Positions 51,001 through 64,000 of a DNA stretch of 64,000 nt are shown here, in pieces (the first letter of the stretch is position 1; every line of letters begins with the position of its first letter). Origin of the DNA: Balanoglossus misakiensis (Eukaryota; Animalia; Hemichordata); assembly GCA_040954595.2 (NCBI GenBank), contig CM082586.2, forward strand, positions 7,905,337-7,969,336. The letters run 5' to 3'. A program made the translations under genes and the position numbers. The notes below the pieces were generated by a model. The model had not been told where the DNA came from and searched no databases. It saw only the letters and a list, made by a program, of their open reading frames with translations.

Positions 51001-54000
51001 CAGACTATTTCAAGGGCTGGGCTCCTATGTCAGTGGTGTTTTTGAAAGGGTGTCATCGTGCTGCAAGTGAGTCAAAGTAAATAACAAAGTCGAACTTCAT
51101 ATTAAATTAATATTTTATTAATTAACACCAAATTGCAAGGTAACCTTGCCCTTTAATTAAAGAATTGTCAGTGCCATGCAATAAAAGATCAAGTCAATTC
51201 ACATCATAGTAACATTTCTTGCCACTTAATATGCATGTGCACTTTTAATATAATTACGGTTTCTAGTTACAAGTAGTTTCCCTCTTGAGTTGAAAACCTT
51301 TATAATTATTTTATTTCCCGGACGGTTTATGCATTAATTAGAAATGGGTACTGTGAATGAAAGCTATCATTCATCCCATCTCTGCCCTATTCATGTGTGT
51401 GTATTATTGGCTGAAGGTCAGGATGGTAAGGAAGGGCAAACTAATTAATGTACCTAGTGATAACCTTTCCCATAGGCATTTTACTATATCCAAATGTCAC
51501 TACACCAGGTCATTGACATGTATAACCATGAACCTTACACAAACTGTTGATGGGTTAAAGCCCTAATAGCTGGCACTTTTTACATTATTTTCATGATTTT
51601 ACTTTCAAACTTAGATTGGTTTATATAAATGGGCTTACTTTTTGGGTATAGACAAATGTGAAATCCAGCTCTGATTTGTTTCTTCTTCTTCTTCCTAAAC
51701 TAGCAACCTTCACCAGGTTGAAGATTTTACTTAGACTGTTGAATAAAGGATGTGTGGTACACTGGTAGTTAGATACAAGAAGTGGTTCATTCAAAGAAAG
51801 TTGCCACTTTGCCTCTGGAAAGTCAAGTGTTTGTTTGTTTGTTTTTTTTGGGGGGGAATGATCCTTTCATGTAGTCTGTCATTGCTAGCTAGATAGACAC
51901 TGGCCCTTTAAATACTCCAGACCTATGAAATTGCTTATTACATTCATTTCCTGTCAATATTTCTTTGCAGCTGTGTCATGGTTTACCTCGCCAGCTTTAT
52001 CAGGAGCTATATCTTGTGTGCTATTTGTGATTATTAGATGGTGTATCATCGACAAGGTAGGCTACTTTGCTTGTCACAGTGTTTTATCTAACCAGGGCCT
52101 GAGGGGGATTCACCCCCTGTTGGCATCCCATAGCAATTGGGGTGGGGGACCAGTGCCCCTTAAAATGATGTCACTGACATGTTGGTGATACTACATTCCT
52201 CCCTTGCCAGAGTGGAATCCTCCCCCTGCCCCCACCGAATAGTCTGACAAAGGGGCACATATTTCCATGTTTATGCCATCCTGGATGGAACACTGTTGTC
52301 ATGCTCTAAAAAGGATAATCAGCATGCACCACCTATATCAGAAATGTTGTCAATTTACCTTATTTTATAGGCACCTTTAATATTTTTTGCTCATTTGCTG
52401 GTAGGATTGGGGGCAGATTAGGAACAGGCAAACACTGCAGTCTGTGTGCATGCGAAGTAGATCTACCGGTATACTGGTATTGCCCCACACTTCAGCCTGA
52501 AGGCGACATTTGCTAACGCGAAAACATTTCAGAACACAGCAGAGTAATTGTGTTGACTGTATCAAAGTCAAATAAGTAGTGTATTAGATACAAACCAAAG
52601 AATGCCAAAATCAGTATTTGTAAACTCAACATTTAGCTGTGTGTTCTGAAAGTAATGTAAGCGGCACCAGTAATTTCTGACTGTGCAACCAGGATTTGTA
52701 TGTTCATGTAGTTTGGTATATTCATTGCACTACACCTGTATTTGTGTTAACCCTTTCACCAACCCTTAGCTCAGACGTTTGGCGTAATTCCGCACGTTTC
52801 GTTTGACCAGGAACACATTTCATATCATTTTTCGCTACCTATAATGCTGTTTTACCTCACAATATATCAAGTAGGTTTTGTTTTTTTAAATATATCATTT
52901 TTCTTTTGCAGGAGGATTCTGTGAAGCCAGGATTGATATCTGTACCAATATTCTATACTGCTACTATTATCATCAACTCCTTTTCAATATTCTATGACGG
53001 TCCTCCATGTATGTAATATTTTATATCAGAATCATTAATGATCATAATGCACTGTATAGCTCGTGTGCGAACGAGATTCAAGATGGTTGCCGCCATCTTG
53101 TTTGTTGTTAGAACAGCACACTGCTTTATGGGATTGACTATTTCCACCTTCTGTAACCAAAGGTTATTGTTTGAAACACGATCATCGTCCATTTTGGGAA
53201 AGAACAGGGAAAATGACATCAAGTTGATTATTGTGTAGAAAGGGTTAATATTCAAACACTGCTCAACACACACCACAATTCCATTTTGGACAAGTATTTT
53301 TCAGGTATCTTACTATCATTTTGTTTTTGTATCTTTCAGTATTGGGTTTTGATAAAATCCCACTGTGGGGAGCATTTATATTGAGTTTTGGCATCGGCTT
53401 TATTGTTGGTATATTGGTCCAGTTGATTGTTGTGCCCCGGATGAGAAAGAAAATTGAAGGTAAAGTTTATGTCTGTTATACCGTATACTCCAAACCATAT
53501 GGTTATAGATACACCAAGTCAATATAGCCTGTATGTGTATAACGGCCATTGTTATCGTTGAAAAAAGAATTCCAGTCCAGATTTGAATTTTATTATGAGC
53601 AATAAATTTTAGCGAAATACGCGAGAACAAAAAAAAAACGTGAGTGTCACAAGTTGCTTATGTTTTTCGGAGATAACAATGAAGTTAGTGAATACGAAAA
53701 CGCGAAAATTAATCGTCGCAAAACAGTGGCCACTTTTGAAATCCTGAAAAATTCCTGTCGTGAAAATAACCTGTTTTACAGTATGTCAATGTTGCTTTAT
53801 AGCTGAATGCTGGGCATTTCATCGTTCTTTAAGAATTTGAACAAGAAACTGCAGTAGATCCTCAAAAACAAAAATACTGAAAACATAGCAAAAAGTTACA
53901 GCTAATGAGCTTTAATGACAATTAATGTGTGTATCATAATAGGTGTGTTCCTTTTTTTCCCCAGAAGAGTGCATCAAACCTAAAGATGACGAGACAGTTA

Positions 54001-57000
54001 GTTTGACGTCAAATCAGAGTCCAATGGGAGAAAGCACAGGTAAAGGATTATATTCTGTATTATTTATCAGATGAGAAAAAATAATACAGATCAGATAATG
54101 ATATACATTAAAAGTAATTCTGACTTGATAGTAGGATGGTTGAAGATTTCATCCCAATCTGACCTTAGAGGGCAGTAAATTAGCAATGGAAATGATGTCA
54201 GTTTCAAATAAAGATGGGAGTTTGTTCAAATAAAGTTGTCATTGCCAAAAATAATGAACTGGAAAATGTGAAATTACTGGTCAGATTGCTTTGATAATTT
54301 GTGTACATTTACTTTATTGAGACTGAATATTTGACAGATTGTACACAGTACGGCACTATAGCGAATGAAGGGCAGACAAATCACGCAAATGGTGGTGCAA
54401 CAGCGGGCAGGTGCAATGGTTCCATTCCAAATGCTGCTCATCATAAAGTCGATGAGGATATCACACCGATGGCCGATCAGATGGACTGCGCCACTGAAGA
54501 GAAGGGAGAATCACAGACCCTTTTGTCATCATCAGGTCAGTTACCATGGTTACTGTTGGAATCTTCAGTCTTCCTCTTTAATTGTTCGTAGTAGAACAGT
54601 AATGTGAGAAATTTTCAAGAAAACTTGCAAGAAATATCTTTGCTGTCATTAAAGTGAAATGAAGTTTTGTCAAGTGTGAATAAAACACATGTGGAAACTC
54701 ACACTGTAACGCAGACCTGGAAAGAGGCAAGCTGGGGTATTGATGTGCATTCTATGTTTCAGTAGAAATTATTAAAACAACAATTTCAAGATTAGACAAT
54801 ATTAAGTTTAGGCATTTTCAATAAAATAATAATTCTAAGTATGCTTATTGCAAAATTACATTTAACTGAATTGAAATTTCATTGTGATTTGTAGATATTA
54901 CCCATCTACCTGATGATAAAGAAAGTATTCGTGGTGCTTCAAATGGACATTTAAATTCTCCACATGATTCATTGCGTAAGTACCATTTATTATACACCTA
55001 CTGCTGTAACCTATGGAGTTCCGTAATACAATAATTCGCGGTATCACCGTACAATAATTATTCAAATGAGGACGCGGAGTCCCATAACCCACAGGGTTAT
55101 GGGACTCCGCGTCCTCGGACTGGTGATCAATGTAAACAATGATGATATTAACCGTACTCTGACGAAAATTTATATAAAAAGTACACAGCCGTTATTAAAC
55201 AAAATTATTGGTGACCCAAGATGCGAAATAAGTCAAAATCCACGCTGAAATTTCAGTCGAAGGAATCTGTGAACGAACAGGCGAGCGCGTTCATTTCAGC
55301 GCAAGCAGCGTAGAACGTCGCGCGCGAGACGTCGGCAGCTCAACACTAGCATCACCTGATGCGCGAGGTCAAGGCGCGTTCGATATGCAAATTACATCAT
55401 GGCGGCGATCGAAAAATAGAAAGTCCGATAGCCACCTATTTATTCTTTATCGTTCATCAAGGACGTCCGGAAAAAGTGTATAATAATAAGGTTATTCACA
55501 AAATACCAGGATTTATGTCCTCGTACATCGTACGCTTCGGTATTGTCCTCGACGCTGCGCGTCTCGGACAATACCTGCGCTGCACGATGTACTCGGACAT
55601 AAATCCCGGTATTTTGTGAATAACCTTATAATATATGACACAATATCTCAAACTTAAAGGTCTCGTGCCATGCCCTATACAACCACGCGTAAAATCACTC
55701 TTTGGGTCTTGAAGTTAACGTATGTTACTATCTTGCATTGCGTATCACCCTCTGTGCTTAGATAACAGGCAAGTAAAAGTGGCGAGTGGGCGTGTACCCC
55801 TAACCCAACTCAGTCGATTTTTTTTCGGCTTTTCGAAGTTAAGCCGAAGACTTATCTTGATGTGGACAAATAGTCTTTCACACCTTTGTAAATCCTCTGC
55901 CCGCAAGGGCTTCCTTTGCTTTGAACACTGTTTATGTAGCTTGCCTTTGTCTGTGGACTTAATTACTCATGGACCGCTAATTACACTTTACTGTAAACAG
56001 AATGGTACACTATGATGTAGTGTACTTGTTTGTCCATATGCAAATACCTTCGCCTGGCTCGAGTGCGAAGTGGCTCCCTGATCACAGGCATGAAAAAAGG
56101 GGGCAAATTCCGGCATTGGCGCACATTTTTCGGAACCGACACAATAGGCAATGCATAGACGGGTACCCTAGGTGAGCTTTAGATGGGGAAAAATGAAAAC
56201 TTTTCAAAGCATGTCATAAACCCTTTAAAGAAATTTCTCACATTGGAGGAATCTGCCACAGCCAGTGTGATTGTTATATGCGTAGAGCTAATGAACGATT
56301 GATATGACATAATTTCATAGAGAATGGAAATGACTGTGGTCACTGTTCCAAGTTCCTGGAATGTTTATCGTTCAGACCGATATATGGAGATAATTAAGCC
56401 AGATAAAGACTTTGCCCAATGGCAAAAGCGAGAATATTGGAGTGTTTGAAAAACCAGACACATGAAAGTACGTGGATGCTGTGTTATGGTGGGGTCATGG
56501 AACTGACTATTATCTCCATACAGCTGTTTTGTATTGCAAAATTGTGCTTGCAGTTTTAATATATTTTTGTACATTGTTCCACAGACGAAGAATTGACAGA
56601 GTTGAGTCACGAAGAAGACGGCAAAGAAGAACAGAAAGATGCAAAAGAGGAAAAGGACCGAGGGGTGAAAACTGACTCTCCAGAGGTTGCCATCTTGTTC
56701 AAATTCTTGCAGATATTAAGTGCTTGTTTTGGAGCTTTTGCTCATGGAGGGAATGATGTAAGGTGAGATCATGTCACTTGTCAAAACTTGAGGTTGATTT
56801 TTTGAGGATCCTGGGTACTTACTGACAGAAAACATTTAGAAATTCACAAAAAAATATCCTGACCTTATATACGGTGAGGTCAAATAAATGAATTGTTTCT
56901 GGTTTATCGCTTTTATCCAAAATTGGGTGACGACACAGATTGAGATGATGAGGTCATAAAGGTGACCTTTACAGGCTATAGTCAGATTTCTTTTGTTTAC

Positions 57001-60000
57001 CATGATCAAGTGAACAGGTGTTCATGAATTATTTATTTTGATGGACATGTATAAATACACATGCTACCATGTGGTCGGGTGGCCATTATTTCACTGGATG
57101 CTGTACTGTCAACTTCAGAGCTGAGGACCACATTCTGACGTTCTGGTCAGCACGCACGCTGTTTGTTTGACTTTGAGACAGAACTTTGTGAGTACGCTGC
57201 TTGAACTGAAACCTGCCAACCCACAGAATGTGAATACAACTGTTGTTTCAGGAAGAAGAATGTGTATAACCTCTTATGTACAGCAGAAACAAACATCAAG
57301 TCTCTACCTATAACATGAATTGTAATTATTGTCTTGTGTTTTTTTATTTCAGCAATGCAATAGGGCCTATCACTGCGCTGTGGTTTATTTACAAAGATGG
57401 CAGTGTGAGCCAAGAGTCTGCCACCCCTCTGTGGATCCTGCTGTACGGTGGCGTGGGTATCTCCATTGGTCTCTGGTTGTGGGGTTGGAGGGTCATACAG
57501 ACTGTTGGGGAAGACTTGTCAGTGGTTACTCCGTCTAGGTAAGTACTGTCAACTATATGCTTGGTGGTACTTGCTGTACTGTTGTCCCTACAATGATAGT
57601 CGCATCCATAGTGGAATCTGTCATTTTCACAGATTGAAGTGTTTCATGAATATGCCAAGCTGGACTTATTCTAGCTTTAACCCTTTCACCCCCAGTTCCC
57701 TCTATAGAGGTCCAACTTTACCATAGAAATCAATGGATTTGGACTGAACCATGGTGGTGAAGGGATTAAATCCAATACAAGTAGACATGATTTGTAATAA
57801 TCTGCTTTAATTAGCAAACCATGTAAATAGACTGTGGAACTAATTTCACGCTCTCACGAAACACAACCTGACAGAAAAATGTTCATCAAAATCAGTTTTA
57901 ATACTGCCAAATATTCCATATATTATAAAAAAATCTGGGTAACAGAGAAGAAAAAAACATAAACACGCACAAAAAAAGGAAAACAGGGAAACTAAACTAA
58001 AAATTGGCATATTTTACCAAATATTCATAGTGGTGTACTTGTACATAAGTGCATTCTTTTTTTGAATGTGACGAGCAGTGATACTTCGCCATCAGTAACC
58101 GGAAGCCCTTCCCTCTCGTGCGACAACTGCAGGCATAACTTTTTAATTGTGTCTTATGTATCTGTTGCACATCTTGGGTGAGACCGTCTCCCAAAATCTC
58201 TTTATTCCTGAAATCAGTTCTCCTTTTGTTGTGGGCTTCAACTTCAAACGCAGGAACGACTTCATTGAACCCCACATGTTTTCTATTGGGTTTAAATCCT
58301 AAAGAAATGATACAAATAAAACTTATTAAGATTCTGTAAGACATGGTAACTTCGCAGATTGTTGAGAAACTATGTGTAAAACAAGACCCCATGACCGAAC
58401 TAGATAATCTGCATAGTGGCACATGATCCGATTATTAGAAATTCTACTGGCCATATTCGGTAGAGCCATATGTGTAATTCGATCTATCTCTCATCAAATA
58501 AGCAAAATGGCATTTTTGCTTCAAGAAGCTGACTTACTGGTGATTCAGGTGGTGATTTCCAGTGGTTGACATCATTGTCGGCAAACCCTTCTTTGGTTGA
58601 TCGGCTCACATGTTTAGGGTCGTTGTCCTGGAACAACCGATGCCCCTCAGGATATTCCTCGTGAACAAACGGCAATAAATAGTCACACAGGATGCCCTGG
58701 TAGCACTCGCTATCCATAATGCCATTAAATATGGCAATCCTTGTGGCACCTTTATTTGAAATTCCCGCCCAAACCAATACCTGAAACAAAAAATATAAAG
58801 CAATGGATAAAGCATTCGCTTGTGCAGATGCATATCCTTGTTTGATAATGGACATTGCCGATCACTGCTCAAACTTTGAACTACATAGGTGTGAACGGGT
58901 TTCTCTAACTTTTCTGAATGACGTTGTCGTGAACTGCTGAATTTCCACCTTGCTTTCGTCAGTGAAAATAACGTCGTCAAACCTCTCTCCGGTTGACATC
59001 ATTTGTAGACACCAATCACGCCTAACCGGAGGGTTCACCTCTCGGACCAATTGTGCGTATCGGGTCTTCTTCCTCTGTCAGCCAAGATTCCCCCGAAGCC
59101 TCTTCATGGTACTGACAGAAATAGCGTGTTCTGGAAAGTCGTTTGAAAACTGTCGTACCAGTTCTGGGGCTGTCAGTTCTCGATTGGCGTACATCTGATC
59201 ATCGATATAATCGAGATGCGCGAGGTGCCACTTGCAAGGGCCACAGGCTCGCTGGAGATCCTGAACAGTTCTCCTTTCCCTTAATTTAATAAATACATGT
59301 ACATGTACACTGATTAACACTGGGGAATTTGTTTCCACTTAATTCACAGAAATACACTGTATAAAGAAATAGGGCTATCTATAATATATATAATGTTTGT
59401 TTCATCTATGGTACGTTTCATCATATAACTACTGTGCAACTTATCAGAAATATTTTCTCTATTTGTTTGATTGCTATTAATGAAACTGTCATATACATAC
59501 CGGCGTGACGCCTCTGCTTGGTGCCTTTTCATACCGATTGTCGGCAACCACACCTGTTCTGCCTGGTAAATTACGTGTTGGAATGGCATTGTCTGCCAGC
59601 CTGCAGAGTCTTGGGTTACGTATCACCACAGACTTTGTAACTGATTTTTTCCCCTGAAAATTAGAATATAATAGTGTGAGTGAACATTAAAGAAGTTCAC
59701 AATGAGAAGAGAAACGTCCCAAATGGATACAATTTCTTACAGGACAAATTTATTCATAGAAATGTATTATACCGGTAAGGAAGTTTTTTTTTTTGTAATG
59801 AATGTCATTGGTCACCGTGGCAACTCGAAGTCCACTTGTTGCTGCCAAACAGAATTGCCAATCAATGTAGTTCTCTATCATGGCGAAAGTATGATTACAA
59901 TAATTGGAAATAAAATAAAAATTACCCAGTCTGGACAGGTGAGGTCACTCCTAGATTTATAGGATTTTTTTTTGAAGTAGATACGTTTATTGGGGTAAAT

Positions 60001-61725
60001 TAGGGCAACATTGTTGAAGCTTTCCACGTAGTGTGCGTCTTTACACTGGAATGGAAAAGGAAATGAATTCTTATCAAAGAGTAGAGACTTAGGTTTTCCA
60101 TTATCGTGTCTGCATATACATGTATAGAAGACAATAACTAATAAGGGGTGTTGGCACTAAAATACAAACGATGGATGGGATGATAATGGTGGTGAGAGCC
60201 CTACAAACGAACTAAACTTCATAGCCGCACGTCTTCCCTTTCCTATGGAGCGCAACCCTAACACCATTTTCCTATTGACCTGGAAAAAACTCCCGTTCTT
60301 CTGCGACTAGGGAAACTTTGCTGGATTAGAACTTCGTCCACACTTGGTATTTGTGCATTCCATGCGGAAATGGCTCCCCCATCCTTGCAGGGTTTCCTCC
60401 ATCAGATGAAGAGTTCCACTAAAACATAACCTCGCACACCGAATCCGACTTCAACATTGCGTTTAAAATGTTCAAATCAATGATGCGGAGGGTTTCGCCC
60501 TCATCTGCACTTGCAGTTGCATTCCCCAAACTTCTCTTTCTACCTGCGACGCTCTCGGTCTTCGGGAGGGTTCAGACGGACACTGTTCATAGGAGGCAGC
60601 CATATTGATTTATCTAAGGTCACGTCCGAAATCTCTTGACTTGGGAGATCTCACAGCCAGCTCTTGACAATGAGGGGGCTATTACCCTTTACTACAGAGG
60701 CCATTTGCATATGCAAAACGATTTCAAGATGAGTTTTAGATTATTCAATATGGTTGCTTTCCTATCAAAAGAATAAAATGGCCCAACTTGATTTCTTTGG
60801 ACAGTATGTCTCGGGTAACTTGAAATTGGTATATTTTCTTATCATAAATTATGCCATTTTCGGACAGATGCTTTTCTCAATGGGACGGTTACTTCTTATT
60901 TTGACTTGTCCAGTGAACAGGTGGTTGAATAAAAAGTATTTCAAGCCATGTTAATAATTTTTAATTATTTTTGTTCAAAGCATGTACAAGATGACCATAA
61001 CATTGTCACATGATAGAATGTCAGAATTTTAACAGAATTTTGGATATATATCATACATCTAGACTATATTGCAAATGAAATCCGTAGGAAAATTCCTACT
61101 GTCATTTTAAATAAAACAGTAATATATTTAAGGTTGTATGTGCCTTGGAAATCAAAGTCTTACACCTTTTCTCATAGTTTGCTTCAGGCAACTTTAGATT
61201 ATTCTCTCTTAAAATTGAGAATAAAAACAGTCACTGTGCAGAATTTTTAATGGGAGAGCAAAATTCCCAAATGTGAAATTCAAAATGGCCACCAATGTTA
61301 ACTCAACTGTATCAAGAAATGGTGAAGACCCTTTTAAAAAAAAGGACTCCCCACACACTTAAAAAAGGCTAAATATTGATAGATTTGGTCATAGATTTTT
61401 CTAAACTGAGGCACATACTACCTTAACATTAACATTTATATTCAGACTGCAGCAGTGAAAGTTTTTGATTTTTCCACTTTATTACAGTGGTTTCACCATT
61501 GAACTTGGCTCTGCTACCACAGTCTTAATGGCGTCGAACATTGGAGTGCCGATCAGCACGACGCACTGTAAAATCGGATCTGTTGTCTCGGTTGGTTGGA
61601 TTCGCGAGCGACGCAGCGTGGAATGGAAGATCTTTGGTAATATCGTGATTGCGTGGTTGGTGACTGTGCCTGCAGCTGGTGTTGTGAGTGCAATCTTGAT
61701 GGCAGGGCTGCGCAATGTTTTGTGA
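48016..61725 (+). CDS. SLC20A1: Sodium-dependent phosphate transporter (SLC20/PiT family, SLC20A1/2 co-orthologue); 10 coding exons, 540 aa
   Basis: Exons 48016-48319, 50219-50359, 51971-52056, 52912-53008, 53340-53459, 53965-54039, 54338-54535, 56585-56762, 57353-57538, 61488-61725; total 1623 nt. PHO4 signatures [39 protein letters not shown] and [16 protein letters not shown] at 63653. Confidence 0.95.
48598..48672. repeat. (CCT)n(CAT)n trinucleotide microsatellite
   Basis: Directly visible. Confidence 0.9.
50397..50771. mobile_element. Kolobok-type MITE
   Basis: TTAA|AGGGACATTAGCTGTAAC ... GTTACAGCTCTTTTGCCT|TTAA. Same family as the 31236 element and the fragment ending at ~53913. Confidence 0.75.
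55020..55635. mobile_element. Non-coding element bounded by two long hairpins (Crypton-like non-autonomous element by resemblance)
   Basis: Perfect 23-bp stem with a 3-nt loop at 55068-55116 and an ~70-bp imperfect stem at 55486-55629; CpG-rich interior. Confidence 0.55.
55654..56228. mobile_element. Older Kolobok-type MITE
   Basis: TTAA|AGGTCTCGTGCCATGC ... GCATGTCATAAACCCT|TTAA imperfect TIRs. Confidence 0.5.
57677..57769. mobile_element. ~90-bp piggyBac-type MITE; other copies at ~35808-35892, ~48423-48512, ~62370-62446
   Basis: TTAA|CCCTTTCACC...GGTGAAGGGA|TTAA ends and a shared CCATGGTTTGGTCCAAATCCAT-like core. Confidence 0.75.
58092..59655 (-). pseudogene. Intron-containing Tc1-like DD34E transposase pseudogene in the last SLC20 intron
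   Basis: Segments ~58900-59260 ([14 protein letters not shown]...; DVIFTDES), 58538-58780 (VLVWAGIS...FQDNDPKH...WKSPPESP|GTAAGT) and 58092-58298 (AG|[10 protein letters not shown]...EGRASGY*). Second D to E spacing is 34 residues. In-frame stops at ~59078 and ~58145. Confidence 0.88.
60170..60603 (-). pseudogene. N-terminal relic of a Mutator-like/Kolobok-group transposase
   Basis: [13 protein letters not shown]...C...MECTNTKC...[33 protein letters not shown] matches the RIID...VNRRxVxAMRxIGxG...F...NLPPP pattern; frameshifted. Confidence 0.6.
61128..61426. mobile_element. Kolobok-type MITE
   Basis: TTAA|GGTTGTATGTGCCT ... AGGCACATACTACC|TTAA. Confidence 0.75.
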
Positions 61726-64000
61726 TTACAGCTGAGAATGGGTTTTTGTTTTTTCATGATCCGTGTACCTTTGATACCCATCCAGTATTGTTACTCATCT
61801 GACATACATGTAGTATAGGGGTATTCTCAAAACAATGATCATGGACGAATGAGGGTTCTAACTTCTATAGTATATTTTATTGGATGAGCTGTAGGGAATC
61901 AGATCAGTGAACTCTGATTCATAAAATCAGATTTCATGCATTTTACACCTACATACAGAGCAAAAGACTTGCCTTTTGTCAACGGACATTAAACACAGCA
62001 CATAAGAATAAGATTCTTTTGTGTGTAATGGTGGAGAAAACTTGTATTTGAATGCACAATTTTATAAGCGTATATGGGGCTATTCAAAGTGTGCTAAATA
62101 CAGATATACCGTATAATGCATTTTAACATTTCCATATTTTATCTTTGACGCACAGAACAAAATTTATTGTTACTTTTTCTGTGATTTTCAAGCAATACCG
62201 TATGATTTCTAAAAGTATGACTTGTTTGTATACGATTTTTATGATGTTTCATATCCAGAGAAATGCATTCCATGTTAATACGTGCCTTATTAAGATTTTG
62301 CATTTCATTTGCATATACTCCACCCTTTACTGCCTGTGCCCAAGCCACACCCTATCTTGATCTTTTACTCTTTCACCCCCAGTTCCCTCTACAGAGGTCC
62401 AGGTTTACCATAGAAAGCATTTGGAACCACGATGGTGAAAGGGTTAAGACACTTAAAGCCCCAGTATTTCTTGTGTTTATCCATTTTTCATCATCGAAAA
62501 ATGCCCATTTTTCCCGTACATTCATCATGGAATACAACATAATGAAGATATAAGAAAGGTTTGGGCAACTGTAGCTACATGCAAGCTGTAAATATTGCCC
62601 GTAACACTTGAAATGATGTGCGGGTTTGTTTATAACAGAAATATTGTACATGTCGATCAGCAAACGTGCCACTTTGACATTTGATGTCAGACCATATTCG
62701 GATTTGATCTGGTTCCATCGACTGATTTCGTCCCATATAGTTATTTAGAGCCTGACTTTTTGTCCGGACATAAAGTCATTCTTCACTCGTTATATTGTAA
62801 ATTGGTATGTGTTTATGAACAGAGCTGGGTGTGATAACTGTTCGATTTAGTATCAATTATCATGTTCTTTTAGAAATTGAAGATGCCGTTTCAAAAACGA
62901 GAAATACTGAGGCTTTAAGTAAAATTAGATTTTGTGTAGAAGTTTATATGGAATTATGTTAAAAGGGAAGGAGTTTGTGCAGAATTCAGTGCCAACAATT
63001 ACTATAGCATTTACCTTCAGAGGGGTCCCAGTTGCATTATTTTCAGAGCAGGGTGTCGGAACACTAGCTTGCAAGTTGAATTCTATCAAAATAACACAAA
63101 GCAATTTTGATAGTAGTGTCCATAAAATCCAATGATTAATTATCAGCTTTGTCTGTTGAAACTTGATCCAAACCTTGACGTATGTGCCTAATTATTCTCA
63201 TTATTAAAAAAATAGTTGTGTGCCACTAAAACCAAGCCAAAGTCTTCCGTATTTTGACAACATTGCAATGCAGGATTTTTTATTGAAAAAAACTGCTTTA
63301 TAAATTACATATGTGATGCTGCAAACGTACAATTAATTAATCTTCTCTATTATGGAGTATATAAAGTATGGTTTTTCATGAACAAATGTAATAATTTATA
63401 CAGAATTTTGTGACTCAAAATTAAGATGTATTTGATACATCTGGTTTAATACTATATAGAATTCAAAATTACCATGGTAATGCTTGAGTTTTGTTCTTGA
63501 TTGGTGGATTTGAATGACAGACATCATATCATGACTTCCAAATGTGTTTATTTCTATACTAAAATTCTGTTTTAAGGTTATACTGAATCTAAGAGAAGAT
63601 TTTTTGGTGGGCAGCTAGTTGTCAGTTGTAAGGTTGTAATATATGACTGTACAATAAATTCATTAGTCTTTCACAAAGTATATTCTTCTGGTTAAATGTT
63701 AAACTGAAAAGTCGTATATTGGACATACAGTGTCTGGAAAATTACCAAACTGAATAAGAAAGTGATATTTTTGGTACAAAGAAGATAGTTTTAGCTGTTC
63801 AGGTGGTAATACCTTGTCTTTACAGTTCAAAATATGCAAATATGAAAATGTCAGTAGAAAAATGTCATAAATAGGAACAATTCTAAATTTAGACAGTTTG
63901 CAAGTGGAGAACTTGGAGTCAAAATAATGAAAGTTTTCTACTTTTTTACTGTTATGTAATTGTCTGTCCAAGTGTTTTTCCAAAATATTTTATGCCTTGG

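Noticed and set aside
52747-53248. piggyBac-like TTAACCCTTTC...GAAAGGGTTAA ends flanking an SLC20 exon (possible exon capture)
   Set aside because: The exon encodes core conserved PiT sequence in the correct phase, so the ends are more likely two separate MITE remnants.
57780-60960. A single complete Tc1 element with TIRs
   Set aside because: I could not find matching inverted termini with a TA duplication, so only the coding relics are reported.

Overview
Eukaryotic, intron-rich, AT-rich animal genomic DNA. It looks like a marine invertebrate, possibly an ambulacrarian deuterostome (inference from gene structure and repeat families). I reconstructed three conserved multi-exon genes by hand; each has GT-AG introns and a continuous frame: an arylsulfatase B/I/J-like sulfatase (minus, 17 coding exons, 525 aa), SDHA (minus, 16 exons, 667 aa) and an SLC20/PiT phosphate transporter (plus, 10 coding exons, 540 aa). 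A fourth spliced gene that I do not recognise (plus, 215 aa, N-terminal membrane anchor) sits head-to-head with SDHA across an NRF1-site promoter. The first ~14.2 kb is a mosaic of short decayed TE and exon fragments (L2-type RT, Harbinger/ISL2EU, Kolobok, piggyBac, DIRS-like, HMG box). Every fragment I could orient lies on the + strand, next to a CpG-rich promoter-like segment that appears to face left, which suggests a flamenco-like antisense piRNA cluster. Inside the mosaic is a 4.9-kb TIR element (CCC...GGG ends, TA duplication) with no transposase, carrying a PHD finger, a 54-bp coding tandem array and a C2H2-containing domain. Introns hold many TTAA-flanked MITEs, hairpin elements and an intron-containing DD34E Tc1 transposase relic. 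All family assignments come from motif recognition, not database searches.
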